A stretch of DNA of 32,000 bases from positions 240,001-272,000 of the forward strand of contig NZ_LT594522.1 of the NCBI RefSeq assembly GCF_900090215.1, read 5' to 3'. Below are positions 30,344 to 32,000 of this stretch, in pieces; within the stretch, counting starts at the first letter, position 1, and every line of letters starts with the position of its first letter. Origin of the DNA: a secondary endosymbiont of Trabutina mannipara. GTDB taxonomy: Bacteria; Pseudomonadota; Gammaproteobacteria; Enterobacterales; Enterobacteriaceae. The position numbers were made by a program, and so were the translations under genes. The notes beneath the pieces were generated by a model. It made no database searches. It was not told where the DNA came from and saw only the letters and a program-made list of their open reading frames with translations.

Positions 30344-31669
30344 TTATCGATTATAACTTTTTAAAGTTTCTTTTAAAAATGCATACTCGTACTGAGTAGA
30401 CATAGTTTGTACTTGGGTCATAAAATCCATGATAACAACAACTACGATCAATAAAGACGTGCCACCGAAATAAAATGGAACCTTCATTGCGTTACGCATA
30501 AATTCAGGTATTAAGCATATAAAAGTAATATACATAGCACCTACTAGTGTTAGACGATTCATTACCTGATCTATATATTTTGCTGTTTGTTCTCCAGGAC
30601 GAATACCAGGTACAAATACTCCTAATTTCTTAAGATTATCTGCTGTTTCTCGAGAATTTAAAACTATTGTTGTATAAAAATAACATAAAAATATAATTGC
30701 CGATGCATATAGTAAGGCATAAAGTGGTTGACCAGGTTGTAAATAAAGAGAGATATTAGTTAGCCATCCACAATAGGGACTACCTCCAAACCAGGATACA
30801 ATAGTAGCTGGAAATAAAATAATACTTGAAGCAAAAATTGCTGGAAGAACTCCAGCCATATTTACTTTTAATGGCAAGTGTGTATTTTGATTTAAATAAA
30901 CACAACGTCCTTGCTGCTGATGCTTTGCGTAATTAACAATAATACGACGCTGACCATGTTCAATGAATATAACAAAAAAAGTTACAGCAAAAACTAAAAA
31001 TGCAACTAAAAGTAAACATAAAAATGGAAAATATCCTTTTATAGTTTGCTTAATAGTATAGCTAATAGCAGTAGGTAAACCGGCTATAATACCTGTAAAT
31101 ATAATAAGAGATATACCATTACCAATACCACGATCAGTAATTTGTTCACCAAGCCACATAAGGAATATTGTTCCACAAACTAGACTTAGTATAGCAGTTA
31201 AGTAAAAAGAAATTCCTGGAATAATTACTAAAGATTGCATTTCAGGCATATTTGGTAAACCTATTGTAAAACTAATTGCTTGAAATATAGCTAATACTAA
31301 CGCACCATAACGGGCGTATTGGTTTATTTTTTGTATTCCAAATTCACCTTCTTTTTTAATTTCTGAAAGAGTAGGGTGAATTACAGTTAACAATTGAATA
31401 ATAATAGACGATGAAATATATGGCATAATTCCTAAAGCAAAAACAGAAGCACGATTAAGTGCACCACCAGAGAACATGTTAAACATGTCAATAATAGTAC
31501 TGCGCTGTTGTTCAATTAATTTTGTAAATACAGTACTATTTATTCCAGGTATGGGAATAAAAGAGCCAATACGAAAAACAATAAGTGAACCAATAACAAA
31601 TAAAAATCTACTTTTTAGTTCCTTTATTCCTCTTTTAACATTCCATTCTATTTTTTTATCTTTATCCAT
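30344..31669 (-). CDS. secY: Protein translocase subunit SecY
   Basis: 441 aa. [26 protein letters not shown]...[42 protein letters not shown]...[27 protein letters not shown]...[24 protein letters not shown] is collinear with E. coli SecY. Confidence 0.98.
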   Translation of the reverse strand: MDKDKKIEWNVKRGIKELKSRFLFVIGSLIVFRIGSFIPIPGINSTVFTKLIEQQRSTIIDMFNMFSGGALNRASVFALGIMPYISSSIIIQLLTVIHPTLSEIKKEGEFGIQKINQYARYGALVLAIFQAISFTIGLPNMPEMQSLVIIPGISFYLTAILSLVCGTIFLMWLGEQITDRGIGNGISLIIFTGIIAGLPTAISYTIKQTIKGYFPFLCLLLVAFLVFAVTFFVIFIEHGQRRIIVNYAKHQQQGRCVYLNQNTHLPLKVNMAGVLPAIFASSIILFPATIVSWFGGSPYCGWLTNISLYLQPGQPLYALLYASAIIFLCYFYTTIVLNSRETADNLKKLGVFVPGIRPGEQTAKYIDQVMNRLTLVGAMYITFICLIPEFMRNAMKVPFYFGGTSLLIVVVVIMDFMTQVQTMSTQYEYAFLKETLKSYNR

Positions 31670-31671
31670 AC

Positions 31672-32000
31672 TTATTCCTCAAATTTCCCACCTGCAGCTT
31701 CGATTGCATAACGTGCACCTTTGCTTATACGAATACCAGCTGTTGTTATTATTGTAACTGCTTTTTTTATTTTACCTGACAGTATAATTTTGGCGCATTT
31801 AGTTTTTATATTAACAATCTTAGCAGATTTTAATACTTTTATATCTACTATGTTACCTTCTATATTTGCTAAATCAGACAAACTTACTTCTGCTGTAAGT
31901 ATTGCTTTATGTGAATTAAAGCCAAATTTAGGCAAACGACGGCATAAAGGCATTTGTCCTCCTTCAAATCCACGATATATTTTACCTCCAGAACGTGACT
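31672..32000 (-). CDS. rplO: 50S ribosomal protein L15 (5' end beyond the window)
   Basis: The track ORF begins at an internal Met. Extending the frame to position 32000 gives ...[32 protein letters not shown]...[15 protein letters not shown], matching E. coli L15 (...[32 protein letters not shown]...[15 protein letters not shown]). Confidence 0.95.
   Translation of the reverse strand, partial: SRSGGKIYRGFEGGQMPLCRRLPKFGFNSHKAILTAEVSLSDLANIEGNIVDIKVLKSAKIVNIKTKCAKIILSGKIKKAVTIITTAGIRISKGARYAIEAAGGKFEE

Overview
This is a 32-kb, gene-dense, AT-rich window (roughly one-third G+C by eye). It consists almost entirely of core information-processing genes whose products align end to end with E. 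coli/Enterobacterales orthologues as I recall those sequences. Gene order is yidC'-rnpA-rpmH | dnaN | fmt-def | tRNA-Glu | efp-groEL-groES | mutL-miaA | rlmB | mnmA-mfd | ycfH-holB | mnmG | rluC/rne | polA (5' nuclease only) | engB/typA | rplQ-rpoA-rpsD-rpsK-rpsM-rpmJ-secY-rplO'. The standard genetic code applies, since TAA, TAG and TGA are all used as stops. Short spacers, many ancestral neighbours deleted, recognisable gene fossils in the spacers, domain-truncated repair and replication proteins, and no dnaA next to dnaN together fit a host-restricted, genome-reduced Enterobacterales endosymbiont. It looks Baumannia/Blochmannia-like, but I cannot name the organism from sequence alone. I found no mobile element, prophage, CRISPR array, toxin-antitoxin, defence, secretion or biosynthetic cluster, and no unassigned ORF of credible coding quality. 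I therefore do not think a novel multi-gene system is hidden here. The items worth a second look are: (1) dnaA missing from its canonical slot; (2) a perfect 83-bp copy of an internal efp segment placed in the efp upstream region; (3) a family of perfect 12-25 bp two-copy tandem duplications, mostly straddling stop codons or in frame; (4) readable fossils of hfq, hflK/hflC, hinT and the polA polymerase C-terminus; (5) Mfd without its UvrA-recruiting module, PolA reduced to its 5' nuclease, and an RNase E scaffold that ends right after the enolase-binding motif; (6) mnmG transplanted between holB and rluC. All homology statements are by-eye alignments against remembered reference sequences and need BLAST/HMM confirmation.
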